IMG/VR virus record: IMGVR_UViG_3300012157_000004
Location: 1 to 40,650 of that record
DNA length: 40,650 nucleotides
Source of the DNA: a virus
Lineage: Duplodnaviria > Caudoviricetes
Reading direction: 5' to 3' (one strand)
The notes beneath the pieces are model-generated. The model was given only the letters and a program-made list of their open reading frames with translations, did not search any database and was not told where the DNA came from. Position 1 is the first letter of the stretch, and each line of letters begins with the position of its first letter. A program made the position numbers and the translations under genes. Below are positions 9,682 through 17,543 of this stretch, in pieces.

Positions 9682-10880
9682 TTCGCCTCCTTGATACGGA
9701 GGGAGGGGGGATTCTTCTGCATGGACACCTGTCCAGATTCGAGGAGGCCCCGGATAATAACTTCCAACGCCTCGGGATCGGGGAAGGCTTTGTGCATGTA
9801 GCGGTATAACAAAGTCCAGGGCACCCACCCTTTTGCGTCACCATTGCGGGTTAGGAAGGCGAGAACCGCCTCGGCGGCGTTGGATTCCTTCGTCATCCCA
9901 ATCTTGGAATAGACATACGGCATGTGTTCTTCCAACTTGGTTATGTAGGCTTCCGCCCTTTGTAGGTCGTGGAGGGTTATTGTTAAGCTATCCCCCCGAG
10001 AGGCGGAGAGGCACATAGCAACTTTGTGGACGAGGGTTTGTTTTCTGGCAATATACCCCCCAATTAGAGTAGCATCCAACTTGGGGGCTTGAGTTTTGTG
10101 GAAGTCTTCATACCACGCCGTCCCCCAGTCCCGGGCTTCGGGGGTGAGTTGGAATTCCCCTATTAACTGGGAGATACGGGTTAGGTCCCGAGTTAGCTTC
10201 CCCTGCCTCTCCCTATAGTCGAGGGGTAGGACTTTCGAGGGGTAGGCAATATAGCGTTCTTTTGCATCAGCGTAGACGAATAGCATGCGGCTTGTTAGGC
10301 CCCCACCGATCAGGTATTGGGGGACGTTTTCCGCTATCCAGGAGGGGGTAGTACAGGCAATGAGGTTCAGGCAGGGGGTGGGAATAACTAACAATCCATC
10401 CTTCCTCGTCCGTTTACTCATTTCCCGCCCATCCCAGATGTGGACAAGCTGGTCGATCATTTCATTATCTTTTGGGTTCAGCGTAGTCCCGAACTCGGAG
10501 GAGTTAATAATGAGCGCGCTTTGGGTGATCTGGATTTGGGGGCCGACATCGAAGGATTCTCCAACCTCAATAAAGGCGTCGTAGGCAGACTGCCAGGTTA
10601 AGGTGTGGGGGCCGAAGTTAATACCGGGGACTTGCTTTAGTAGCGCCATGCCCAAATCGGCGGTGGTGGATTTGGCTACTACTCCCGGCGGGGCGACAAT
10701 TAGGAGATAGAGGTTAGGAATCCATTGGAACGTCCCCTCGTCTATCCAGACCCTTCTGCGGAGGGCGGCGGCGATCGTGCTAACCCCGACCCAGAAATAA
10801 AGCCGTTGGGGGGCCTCCCCCCATTCAGTGTTTCTAACAAATTCCGTCAGCCAATCAGGGAGTTCTCGGGGTTCAGTCAT
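9678..10880 (-). CDS. AAA+ helicase-like protein (DUF3987/YfjI-like) with C-terminal winged helix
   Basis: Variant Walker A APPGVVAKST, Walker B INSSEFG, sensor LIACTT, Arg finger GGLTSRMLFV; sits next to the polymerase. Start reassigned to ATG 10880 (MTEPRE). Confidence 0.65.
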   Translation of the reverse strand: MTEPRELPDWLTEFVRNTEWGEAPQRLYFWVGVSTIAAALRRRVWIDEGTFQWIPNLYLLIVAPPGVVAKSTTADLGMALLKQVPGINFGPHTLTWQSAYDAFIEVGESFDVGPQIQITQSALIINSSEFGTTLNPKDNEMIDQLVHIWDGREMSKRTRKDGLLVIPTPCLNLIACTTPSWIAENVPQYLIGGGLTSRMLFVYADAKERYIAYPSKVLPLDYRERQGKLTRDLTRISQLIGEFQLTPEARDWGTAWYEDFHKTQAPKLDATLIGGYIARKQTLVHKVAMCLSASRGDSLTITLHDLQRAEAYITKLEEHMPYVYSKIGMTKESNAAEAVLAFLTRNGDAKGWVPWTLLYRYMHKAFPDPEALEVIIRGLLESGQVSMQKNPPSLRIKEAK

Positions 10881-11154
10881 GATCTGATATTTTGTTGTAA
10901 ATAGACTCTGGGAGCGTTTCTGGGTCGAAGCTAACCTGAAGCCTGTCCTTTTCAACGGTGATGCTAACCTCTATTGTGTAGGTCCCCTGACCTTGGTAGA
11001 TTCGGAAGATATCGTCGCTTTGCATGAGATAATTTGCGAGCAGGCGTGATATATTAAGACGAACCTCCTCCAAAATCCGCTTAGCCTGTCCAGTGTCCTT
11101 TTCAAAGACATGGATGGGTATAACTTTGCGATAGCACAGAACTCGGGCCGTCAT
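10873..11154 (-). CDS. Hypothetical protein
   Basis: ATG at 11154 overlaps the polymerase stop (ATGA); fills the gap between polymerase and helicase. Confidence 0.55.
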   Translation of the reverse strand: MTARVLCYRKVIPIHVFEKDTGQAKRILEEVRLNISRLLANYLMQSDDIFRIYQGQGTYTIEVSITVEKDRLQVSFDPETLPESIYNKISDHD

Positions 11155-13574
11155 TTGCAATCTCCCCAGGATTTCTCAGAGGTCTTTATCCCAACGGGGA
11201 TAATCAACGGGTCTTCGTAGGGAATTTCGACTTGGGCGAGGGCACGGAGGCGGGCGATTTCTTCCTCTTTTCGGGAAGTAAGGAACTGTCCAGCGCAGGA
11301 GTCGTGTACTTGAAGTAGTAATTGTGTACTGCTTTCTCCTCTTTGGGCAGCAGCGTCGATTTTAATGAGGGCGCGGTTGATAACCCCGGCGACCGTGCTT
11401 TGGGGGAGCCACGCAAGGAACTCGGGGAGATCGAAGTCGCCTTGTTTGTAGAGCCGGGCGCCAAACTTGTTGACAATGTACCCCTTACTTTGGGCTTCAG
11501 TCTCAGTTCTAAGGTGCCATCGGGCAATTCCAGGGTGTGCTCCAAGCCAGCGTGAGCGGAATAGATCAGCAGCGTGGATGGTGGTGCCCATACTAACAGC
11601 CAGTTTCCTTGATCCAACGCCGTAGTTCGTGGCGTGGACACCCATTTTAGCTTTAGCGCGATTCGCTTCCCCAATTTTTGCGCGAAGGTCTTTGTAGTTG
11701 GGGTGGGATTCCTCAAGTTCTTCATACGGGATTCCTTTTATGGCGAAGATATCACAAGCGTTAACGCAGTGCATGTCGAGGCCGAGGCGGAGGGCCTTTT
11801 TCATGTCACTATCATCCGCCTCCCAAACAACGACTTGTAGGTCAGCCCGGTCCAGGTCCATGTCGAAGAAAGTAAAGCCGGGATCGGGGATAAAGAGCTT
11901 GCGTATATTTGGAAGATGAATATAGTCGTCAGACTTGACTTTCTGCTTTTCGGCTACGGGGATGTTTTGAAGATTCATCCCAGAGCCGAATGCATTTTCG
12001 CTTGATGAGAAACGAAATGTGATAGGTCCCGCGACTGCGAAGGAGCACCGCATTCTCCCGTCCGAGTCTAAGTCCGCGCTTATGAAAGTACTTAAAAAGA
12101 CGCCGATGGACCTTAACTCGACGATGAGTTGACATAGGGGCCTCAGGATGGGGTGGCGTTCAGAGATAGTAGCCATCGCCGCCGAATTCGTTGTGAGGGC
12201 GTCGGTGACGATGCTCTTTACCCCGGGGATTTTTAGGTCAGTGTAGAAGAACTTAAGGAGCTGCGCCGGGGAGCGGGGGTTAAGAGGATGACCGGCGACG
12301 AAGTTTAGCTTCTCCTGCCTGTCGAAGAAGGCGAGAGTTAGCTCGGTTTTAAGTATCTTCCTTTGGAGGGTGTCTAACCTAATCCCCCTATTCATCATGC
12401 GCAGGACGGGCATGAAGAGGGATTGTTGGAAGTAGAAATGCTCGCTCACGCCCTCGGAGAGTTGCTCCTCTACTATCTTCGGCCAGATTTCCCAGGTTAT
12501 GCAGCAGTCTTTGCAGTTGTATTCCCAGAGTTGTTTTTCCCCGACCTTCGGGTCCCAGTTTTTTATCTCATCCTTCCAATAAAGATGGTCTTGGGCGTAC
12601 ATGGAGGAGAGGAAGTCCAACCCTTTTCTTAGGTTGGAGTAGATAGAATGGTGGCCGATCATCGTGTCCCAGATTTTACTGGGCACTGCACACCAGAAGC
12701 GATGGAAGTATTGGCAGTCGTAGAGGTAGTTCTGGCCGACCCAAGCTATATTCGGGTGGAGGAAGAGGAGGATGATTTTATGGATGAGAATAGTCTCTTC
12801 AGCTTCGCTCCAATAGAAATAGGAACTGGGATCGTCTCGCAGGAAAGGGATGCATACGGCGTTTGTAGCACTGTCCGCAATCCCGAAACATGCAATGTGT
12901 CCCGCTCTCGTTTCAAGGTCTCCGGAGAGTAGAAGGGAATCCTTCGCCTTCCCTGCTAGGAGTAGTAGAGAGTCGAGGGCTTTGGACGCTTGCTCAAAGG
13001 TCGGCGCAACGAGGAACTTATACACCCGGGGATTTTGCCTACCCTCAAGTATGGCTTTCGCCCTTTTAAAATCCATGAGGAGGATCGGGATTTGATCCCT
13101 CTGACGGAGGCAGGCAGCAGGGTGGATAGTAGGGATGACATCACAATACAAACCCGGGGGTGAGAGGCGAGAACCCCGCCATTTGGTTATTCCACTGTGC
13201 CCAGTTAACGCCCAGAGGGGAGTGTTGCCGAGGGTTATTATTAACTTAGGTTGGACTTCTTCAATTTCGCGTTGGAGTTGGGAGAGGCCCTCAGAGATAT
13301 TATGATGGACCCATCGCCCCTGGATAAATGCCCAATCAGGGCCGGGGGGAGTTTTACGGTCACTAATCCACTCTGAGATATCGTTCCCTGGAGGGCGAAC
13401 CCGACATACATTTGTAACGAAACAGCTTTCTCGGTTGAGCCCCGCTCGGTGTAAAAGGGTGTTGAGTAGCCCTCCACTTGCCCCAACGAAGGGCTTTCCT
13501 TGGACTTCTTCCTCACGGCCGGGGGCCTCCCCTATTATCATTATATTTGCTGGAATTGGTCCGGTTGGGCGCAT
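11151..13574 (-). CDS. polA: Family A DNA polymerase with N-terminal family-4-like uracil-DNA glycosylase domain and 3'-5' exonuclease
   Basis: UDG motifs IIGEAPGREE, PFVGASG, TNVCRVRPPGN, HPAACLR; Exo I DLET, Exo II QNYLYD, Exo III YNCKD; polymerase TFRFSSS, NLQNIP, motif A DLDRADLQ, motif B RAKAKMGVHATNYG, motif C QVHDS. Start reassigned to ATG 13574 (807 aa). Confidence 0.93.
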   Translation of the reverse strand: MRPTGPIPANIMIIGEAPGREEEVQGKPFVGASGGLLNTLLHRAGLNRESCFVTNVCRVRPPGNDISEWISDRKTPPGPDWAFIQGRWVHHNISEGLSQLQREIEEVQPKLIITLGNTPLWALTGHSGITKWRGSRLSPPGLYCDVIPTIHPAACLRQRDQIPILLMDFKRAKAILEGRQNPRVYKFLVAPTFEQASKALDSLLLLAGKAKDSLLLSGDLETRAGHIACFGIADSATNAVCIPFLRDDPSSYFYWSEAEETILIHKIILLFLHPNIAWVGQNYLYDCQYFHRFWCAVPSKIWDTMIGHHSIYSNLRKGLDFLSSMYAQDHLYWKDEIKNWDPKVGEKQLWEYNCKDCCITWEIWPKIVEEQLSEGVSEHFYFQQSLFMPVLRMMNRGIRLDTLQRKILKTELTLAFFDRQEKLNFVAGHPLNPRSPAQLLKFFYTDLKIPGVKSIVTDALTTNSAAMATISERHPILRPLCQLIVELRSIGVFLSTFISADLDSDGRMRCSFAVAGPITFRFSSSENAFGSGMNLQNIPVAEKQKVKSDDYIHLPNIRKLFIPDPGFTFFDMDLDRADLQVVVWEADDSDMKKALRLGLDMHCVNACDIFAIKGIPYEELEESHPNYKDLRAKIGEANRAKAKMGVHATNYGVGSRKLAVSMGTTIHAADLFRSRWLGAHPGIARWHLRTETEAQSKGYIVNKFGARLYKQGDFDLPEFLAWLPQSTVAGVINRALIKIDAAAQRGESSTQLLLQVHDSCAGQFLTSRKEEEIARLRALAQVEIPYEDPLIIPVGIKTSEKSWGDCK

Positions 13575-13719
13575 GATTTTCCTTAGGCTTATAGCATTGG
13601 AAGTCGGGGCCGAGTTTGAGGGCTGCCCAGAAGAGAGGTTCGAGCTTGCCGGTGTGTTGGCAGGCGAGAACGCGGCCGGTGTCGAGGTAGTTCTGGCAGG
13701 ATGTGCAAGGGGAGAGCAT
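13513..13719 (-). CDS. Small Cys-rich hypothetical protein
   Basis: CxxC...C...C pattern; fills the operon gap; 3' end overlaps the polymerase start. Confidence 0.45.
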   Translation of the reverse strand: MLSPCTSCQNYLDTGRVLACQHTGKLEPLFWAALKLGPDFQCYKPKENHAPNRTNSSKYNDNRGGPRP

Positions 13720-13728
13720 GTTAGTCCG

Positions 13729-13995
13729 TTATTCTTTCTTCTTCGTTGCTGCGCCCAGTTCTCCGAAGGCTTCTTGCTCCAACTTCTCACGTTCTACTGC
13801 TACAGCTTCATCGATCTTGCGCAGCGCATTACGGGTAATCTCCCACATTTCGTTCAGGGTGTCCGATGCAATGCGGTGGGCATATATTTGAGGGTTCCCT
13901 TTAAAGCCGCACATCAGTCGCATACCTGTCAAGGTGTCGCATCGACAACCGCCTTCAACCACAAAACCCTCAAGCCGTTTGATGTTGTCCATCAT
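13729..13995 (-). CDS. Hypothetical protein
   Basis: ATG at 13995 overlaps the upstream stop (ATGA), RBS GGAGAGG; MMDNIKRLEGF... Confidence 0.5.
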   Translation of the reverse strand: MMDNIKRLEGFVVEGGCRCDTLTGMRLMCGFKGNPQIYAHRIASDTLNEMWEITRNALRKIDEAVAVEREKLEQEAFGELGAATKKKE

Positions 13996-14225
13996 ATGCT
14001 CAACCCTCTCCAACTGTCGCAATCATGCCCGGGGCCCCCAAAGCTGAATGCGACATAACGTGTCGCAGAGTCATTCATACAAATCCACGCTTTGCCGTTC
14101 CAGTACAGCCGTTCGCCCGGATAAGCCGGCGCACCATAAGCACCGTTCCAGCAACGTACTTCGTAGTATCCAACGTGAACCGGCGGTTCTGTTCTGGCGT
14201 TGAACCAACGTGTTTTATCACTCAT
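13992..14225 (-). CDS. Hypothetical protein (Trp/Tyr-rich small phage domain)
   Basis: RBS GGAG; WF...PPVHVGYYEV...YWNGKAW pattern. Confidence 0.6.
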   Translation of the reverse strand: MSDKTRWFNARTEPPVHVGYYEVRCWNGAYGAPAYPGERLYWNGKAWICMNDSATRYVAFSFGGPGHDCDSWRGLSI

Positions 14226-14250
14226 ATTTCTTCTCCATTACTAAGAAGAG

Positions 14251-14342
14251 AAAAAGCCCCGCCACCGGGGAAAGGGGAGAATAAGAGAGGGAGGACTCAC
14301 AGTTCCCCTAACTTCGCCTGAACGGCGTCAACGGTGGCGGGG
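14251..14342 (-). terminator. Structured element with U-tract downstream of the SSB gene
   Basis: Perfect 11-bp inverted repeat CCCCGCCACCG (14257-14267) / CGGTGGCGGGG (14332-14342), followed on the minus strand by CTTTTT; the enclosed segment is 64 nt, so not a canonical short terminator. Confidence 0.4.
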
Positions 14343-14355
14343 AAAACGGGACAGC

Positions 14356-14817
14356 TTAGGCGCGGGTGTAGCCCGTGATCTCGTCGAGGATCACGCCCGC
14401 CTCTTTGGGGTGAGGCTTGTGGGTGATGGAGATACGGACGCGCTGGCCGACGAGGGTGGAGAGGGGCTTGCCGTTGCAGTTGCAGGCGTCGCGGAAGCGA
14501 CCCAGGCGAACGTTCTTATTTGGCCCGGTAGCGATGCCACCTCCATCCGTCATATCGAGCATGATCCCCAGGGTAGTGACAACCGCAGTATGGCCGTCGT
14601 TCCAGGGGATATCCCGAAGGTAGCTCGGGTCGTCGAGGGAGAGCTTGACATCCATCCTGTTCCAGGCAGTGCCGGTCTTCTGACTAACCCCGTCCGAAAA
14701 GCCGATCTCGGTCACTTGGGCGATGGTTTCCCCGGCAGGGATAGGGTCACGCCGGAGAGCATTCTCTTCCAGGGGTGCGTCGAGAAGGGTCGAAGGGTCA
14801 AAAAGGCGTTGAGACAT
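14356..14817 (-). CDS. Probable single-stranded DNA-binding protein (DUF669-like OB fold)
   Basis: PIPAGE...QVTEI...LGRFRDAC...LVGQRVRISITH pattern; directly downstream of a Sak4-like ATPase; GGAG RBS supports ATG 14817. Confidence 0.6.
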   Translation of the reverse strand: MSQRLFDPSTLLDAPLEENALRRDPIPAGETIAQVTEIGFSDGVSQKTGTAWNRMDVKLSLDDPSYLRDIPWNDGHTAVVTTLGIMLDMTDGGGIATGPNKNVRLGRFRDACNCNGKPLSTLVGQRVRISITHKPHPKEAGVILDEITGYTRA

Positions 14818-14891
14818 AGTAACTAGCTCCATTGATTTGGGGGAGGGGTTGATCCCTATCCAACGTCCCCCGGGCGCTGGTAGGGAGGGTG

Positions 14892-14920
14892 ATCTTACTT
14901 GAGAAGAGGTTGTCTGTCAA
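14892..14920 (-). promoter_or_regulatory. Sigma70-type promoter for the SSB/replication genes
   Basis: TTGACA (14920-14915) - 17 nt - TAAGAT (14897-14892) in an intergenic gap. Confidence 0.75.
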
Positions 14921-14933
14921 GGGCTTTTAGGGG

Positions 14934-15770
14934 TTATTTCCCGCTCGCCGCGAAACGGCGAGCTTCCCATGTCTTCCAGATCGCCTCGAATGAGGCGGGG
15001 AGCTTCGCTCGGATGGGGAGGTTTCTAGTTTTAACATCCGCCTGCGAGTTGGCGGTGTCCCAGTAAAACATATCCCCTTCCCGTGAGCTTAGGATAACGT
15101 CGCTGAAAGGTTGGGGAATTTGGCTAGTAATAGCCTTCCCCAACGACGAGACCATGAGCTTGATACCTCCAAGGATTTGGTCCACCTCTCTATCCACGTG
15201 GGCGATGAGGACGAAGTGACAATTACAACCACTCGTGAGTTTGTGAATAAGGGCCATGAGCGCGTTCTGCGCGATTCCCCAGTCGGCCATATCACGCACG
15301 GGCTTTGTCCCCACAACCATTTCCATTGCAATGCGGTTGAGGGCAGAAAGGCTATCAATAACCAACACCCAGTCTGTCCCCCAGGTATCGACTGGGCCGT
15401 ATTCTTTCCCATCTTTCTGGTCCTTGAAGTTGTTAAGGCAGGTGTAGAGGTCGATCATTTTGTTGGACTTCGACCGGTGGATGTCCTTGAACTTAGCTAA
15501 GCCGGCGAGTTCGAATTTCCCGATAAGATCGGCGGTAGATTTTAGCTGGTCGAAGCCTTGTTGGGTGGGTTGGATATAGTGCCAGTGCAGGTTCGAGGGG
15601 ATGGGAATATCCCTATCCACATAGGCGCCGATGAGGGTTTCTAACCCCGGCTCGACGAAGAGGGCGAAGGTTTGCAGTCCCAGGTCGGCGAGGGTTTTGA
15701 TGGCGTAGGTTTTCCCGGTTCCAGAAGGCCCCATTAACAGGACGTTGAAGCCGGGGTAGTTATCAATCAT
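14934..15770 (-). CDS. Sak4-like (AAA_24, RecA-fold) ATPase / single-strand annealing protein
   Basis: Walker A GPSGTGKT, Walker B LVIDSLS, FVLIAH, FSDVIL, KTR; adjacent to the SSB-like gene. Confidence 0.75.
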   Translation of the reverse strand: MIDNYPGFNVLLMGPSGTGKTYAIKTLADLGLQTFALFVEPGLETLIGAYVDRDIPIPSNLHWHYIQPTQQGFDQLKSTADLIGKFELAGLAKFKDIHRSKSNKMIDLYTCLNNFKDQKDGKEYGPVDTWGTDWVLVIDSLSALNRIAMEMVVGTKPVRDMADWGIAQNALMALIHKLTSGCNCHFVLIAHVDREVDQILGGIKLMVSSLGKAITSQIPQPFSDVILSSREGDMFYWDTANSQADVKTRNLPIRAKLPASFEAIWKTWEARRFAASGK

Positions 15771-15987
15771 TTTGCGAATCCTTTAATGGGGGTGGTAGGA
15801 GTGTCCCCCTTATCCCCTTTCCGTGGGAGAGGAGGGAGAGCTTTTTGGGAAAGGTTTTTATTAGCACTTCTCTAGTGAGAAAGGGGCCGAGGCAGATAAC
15901 ACATCGGCGGCGACGATAGATTGAGCCTTCAAGGCGTCGGGTTTCTATCACCTTGGTTAGGTTGGATTGGCAGTGCGGGCATAGCAT
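15763..15987 (-). CDS. NrdR-like zinc-ribbon protein (no ATP-cone)
   Basis: CPHC...TKVIETR...YRRRRCVIC...FLTRE matches the NrdR N-terminal Zn-ribbon signature; 74 aa. Confidence 0.75.
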   Translation of the reverse strand: MLCPHCQSNLTKVIETRRLEGSIYRRRRCVICLGPFLTREVLIKTFPKKLSLLSHGKGIRGTLLPPPLKDSQND

Positions 15988-16324
15988 CGGCTAACACCCA
16001 TTCTGCCCAACGGAGGGCTTCGTAGTGTAGGAGTGCAGAATCCGCGTTATTAACTTGGTCCGCCAGAGAGGTTCCATTTGGATGGTCCCACCAGTAGAGT
16101 GGGCGGAGATAAGAACCGGGGACGGTTCGGGTGGCGAATCCTCTGTGAGGCAGGGAACAGGGGACGGAGACTGCCACCCACTCCACCCATCCGAGCGCCA
16201 CACTGCCCCAGATTTTCCCGCAGCCGTTGCAGAAGTAGGAGATACCGCCGGCGCCGCTTCCCGGGCTAACTCCACAGCGAGTAAGCTCTTGGTCTCCGAA
16301 AAGAAAGATTCTATGTCTAGGCAT
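15929..16324 (-). CDS. Hypothetical protein with CxxC
   Basis: 131 aa, YFCNGCGKIWG; in operon orientation. Confidence 0.5.
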   Translation of the reverse strand: MPRHRIFLFGDQELTRCGVSPGSGAGGISYFCNGCGKIWGSVALGWVEWVAVSVPCSLPHRGFATRTVPGSYLRPLYWWDHPNGTSLADQVNNADSALLHYEALRWAEWVLADAMPALPIQPNQGDRNPTP

Positions 16325-16343
16325 AGGGATGGAAGGTCATTTT

Positions 16344-16673
16344 TTACCTTTCCGTGGAGGACTTGCGAGGAGCGGTAGAGAAGAGTCGCTGCCAGCGCGA
16401 GGCGATTTTGGAGAAAAAGCTCTCGGGGCGATGGCTCTCGCATTCTTGGCACCTTTTGAAGAGAAGGTTAAATTCGTCTTCGGGGAGAGAATAGAAACTG
16501 CCCTTCTGACGGAATTGGTAGGCAACATGCCAACCCCAGGAGAGAGCGTAGTAGGAATGGACGATGACGACGAGGGGAGGACTAACACCCCGGGAACACC
16601 AAAGGGAGTTGCGATGGTAGGGGTGGTCTTTTCGAGGGGTGGGTGGCGGGGCCGGAAGGGGATGATCAGTCAT
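16344..16673 (-). CDS. Hypothetical protein
   Basis: RBS AGGAG; 109 aa. Confidence 0.5.
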   Translation of the reverse strand: MTDHPLPAPPPTPRKDHPYHRNSLWCSRGVSPPLVVIVHSYYALSWGWHVAYQFRQKGSFYSLPEDEFNLLFKRCQECESHRPESFFSKIASRWQRLFSTAPRKSSTER

Positions 16674-16824
16674 TCCAAGGTTCTCCTACGAGAGAGCAGA
16701 GGGCGCCGATAACTCCGGCGACGAGAAAGGCGGAGGCGGCAAGCCTTTCTCCGGGGATATCCCAGAGGGAATAGCTTAACACTAGGCAGATGAGCGTTGT
16801 GACTGCTCTCGTAAAATTACTCAT
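16666..16824 (-). CDS. Small two-helix membrane protein (52 aa; not in ORF track)
   Basis: Manual translation MSNFTRAVTTLICLVLSYSLWDIPGERLAASAFLVAGVIGALCSLVGEPWND*; ATGA overlap with the upstream stop; fills the gap. Confidence 0.55.
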   Translation of the reverse strand: MSNFTRAVTTLICLVLSYSLWDIPGERLAASAFLVAGVIGALCSLVGEPWND

Positions 16825-17102
16825 AAGGGGCCATCCCATTCGCAGCCGGGGTCGAATTGGGAATCTTGGTCTTCCCCTCTTTCCTCTTCTTTGTCGTAGA
16901 AACCGAGGTTATAGGCCCGGCTATCTTCGAGCTTGATAGGGTCGGTGTAGCCCCTATCATAGGCCCAGGCTTCGCCGATGGTAGGAAACTGTCTTTTTCG
17001 GCCAAAGCGGGCGGTTGGGGAGGGTGGGGGGAAGATGGCGTCGAAGTTGTCAAGGGGGAAAGGGAAAAGATCTCGGGTGTAGTAGTCGTGGAGATCACGC
17101 AT
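16821..17102 (-). CDS. Acidic hypothetical protein
   Basis: 93 aa with AYDRGY / AYNLGF motifs; overlaps neighbouring start and stop codons. Confidence 0.55.
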   Translation of the reverse strand: MRDLHDYYTRDLFPFPLDNFDAIFPPPSPTARFGRKRQFPTIGEAWAYDRGYTDPIKLEDSRAYNLGFYDKEEERGEDQDSQFDPGCEWDGPL

Positions 17103-17541
17103 TTTCGTACTCCCATTCGATCAGCTTCCCGGCGCTGTCTCTGAGATCGTAGTAGCAAGCCACCAATTCCATCGGGGAGGCGTAGCATTGCAGGGTTAGG
17201 GCGTGTGCGAAAACCTGGCCTACGGTGTAAAACGTGTCCCATCCAGCCTTACGAATACGGTCCCCTACTTTGGGGGTTCGAGGTCCGGCTTGGGGGACTT
17301 CAGGCAGGGGAGGAAGGGGATACGGGGAATAGATGAGTTGCCCCTTCCCATTTCTATACCATTTCGGGCGGGAGGGGATGGGCGCCCAATCATCCCCATT
17401 TTCCTTTTCGATGGAGGCGTTCCATTCTTTGATATGGCGCCGGGTGAGGGGATGGGGGTAGGTTGGGGAACAAAAGTCAGTCCCCCAATTAAGAGGAGGA
17501 AGGGGGTCGATCTCGTCGATGGTTCGAGGGAATTTCAGCAT
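17095..17541 (-). CDS. Pro-rich hypothetical protein
   Basis: 148 aa; starts 2 nt after the nuclease stop. Confidence 0.55.
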   Translation of the reverse strand: MLKFPRTIDEIDPLPPLNWGTDFCSPTYPHPLTRRHIKEWNASIEKENGDDWAPIPSRPKWYRNGKGQLIYSPYPLPPLPEVPQAGPRTPKVGDRIRKAGWDTFYTVGQVFAHALTLQCYASPMELVACYYDLRDSAGKLIEWEYENA

Positions 17542-17543
17542 GG

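Noticed and set aside
11151-13574. 2-aminoadenine (Z) or other hypermodified-base genome implied by the odd polymerase
   Set aside because: No purZ, dATPase, thymidylate-synthase-like or 7-deazaguanine pathway genes are visible.
13575-13790. 72-aa N-terminal extension of the polymerase in the ORF track
   Set aside because: Low-complexity translation overlapping two other plausible ORFs; the UDG domain begins right after ATG 13574.
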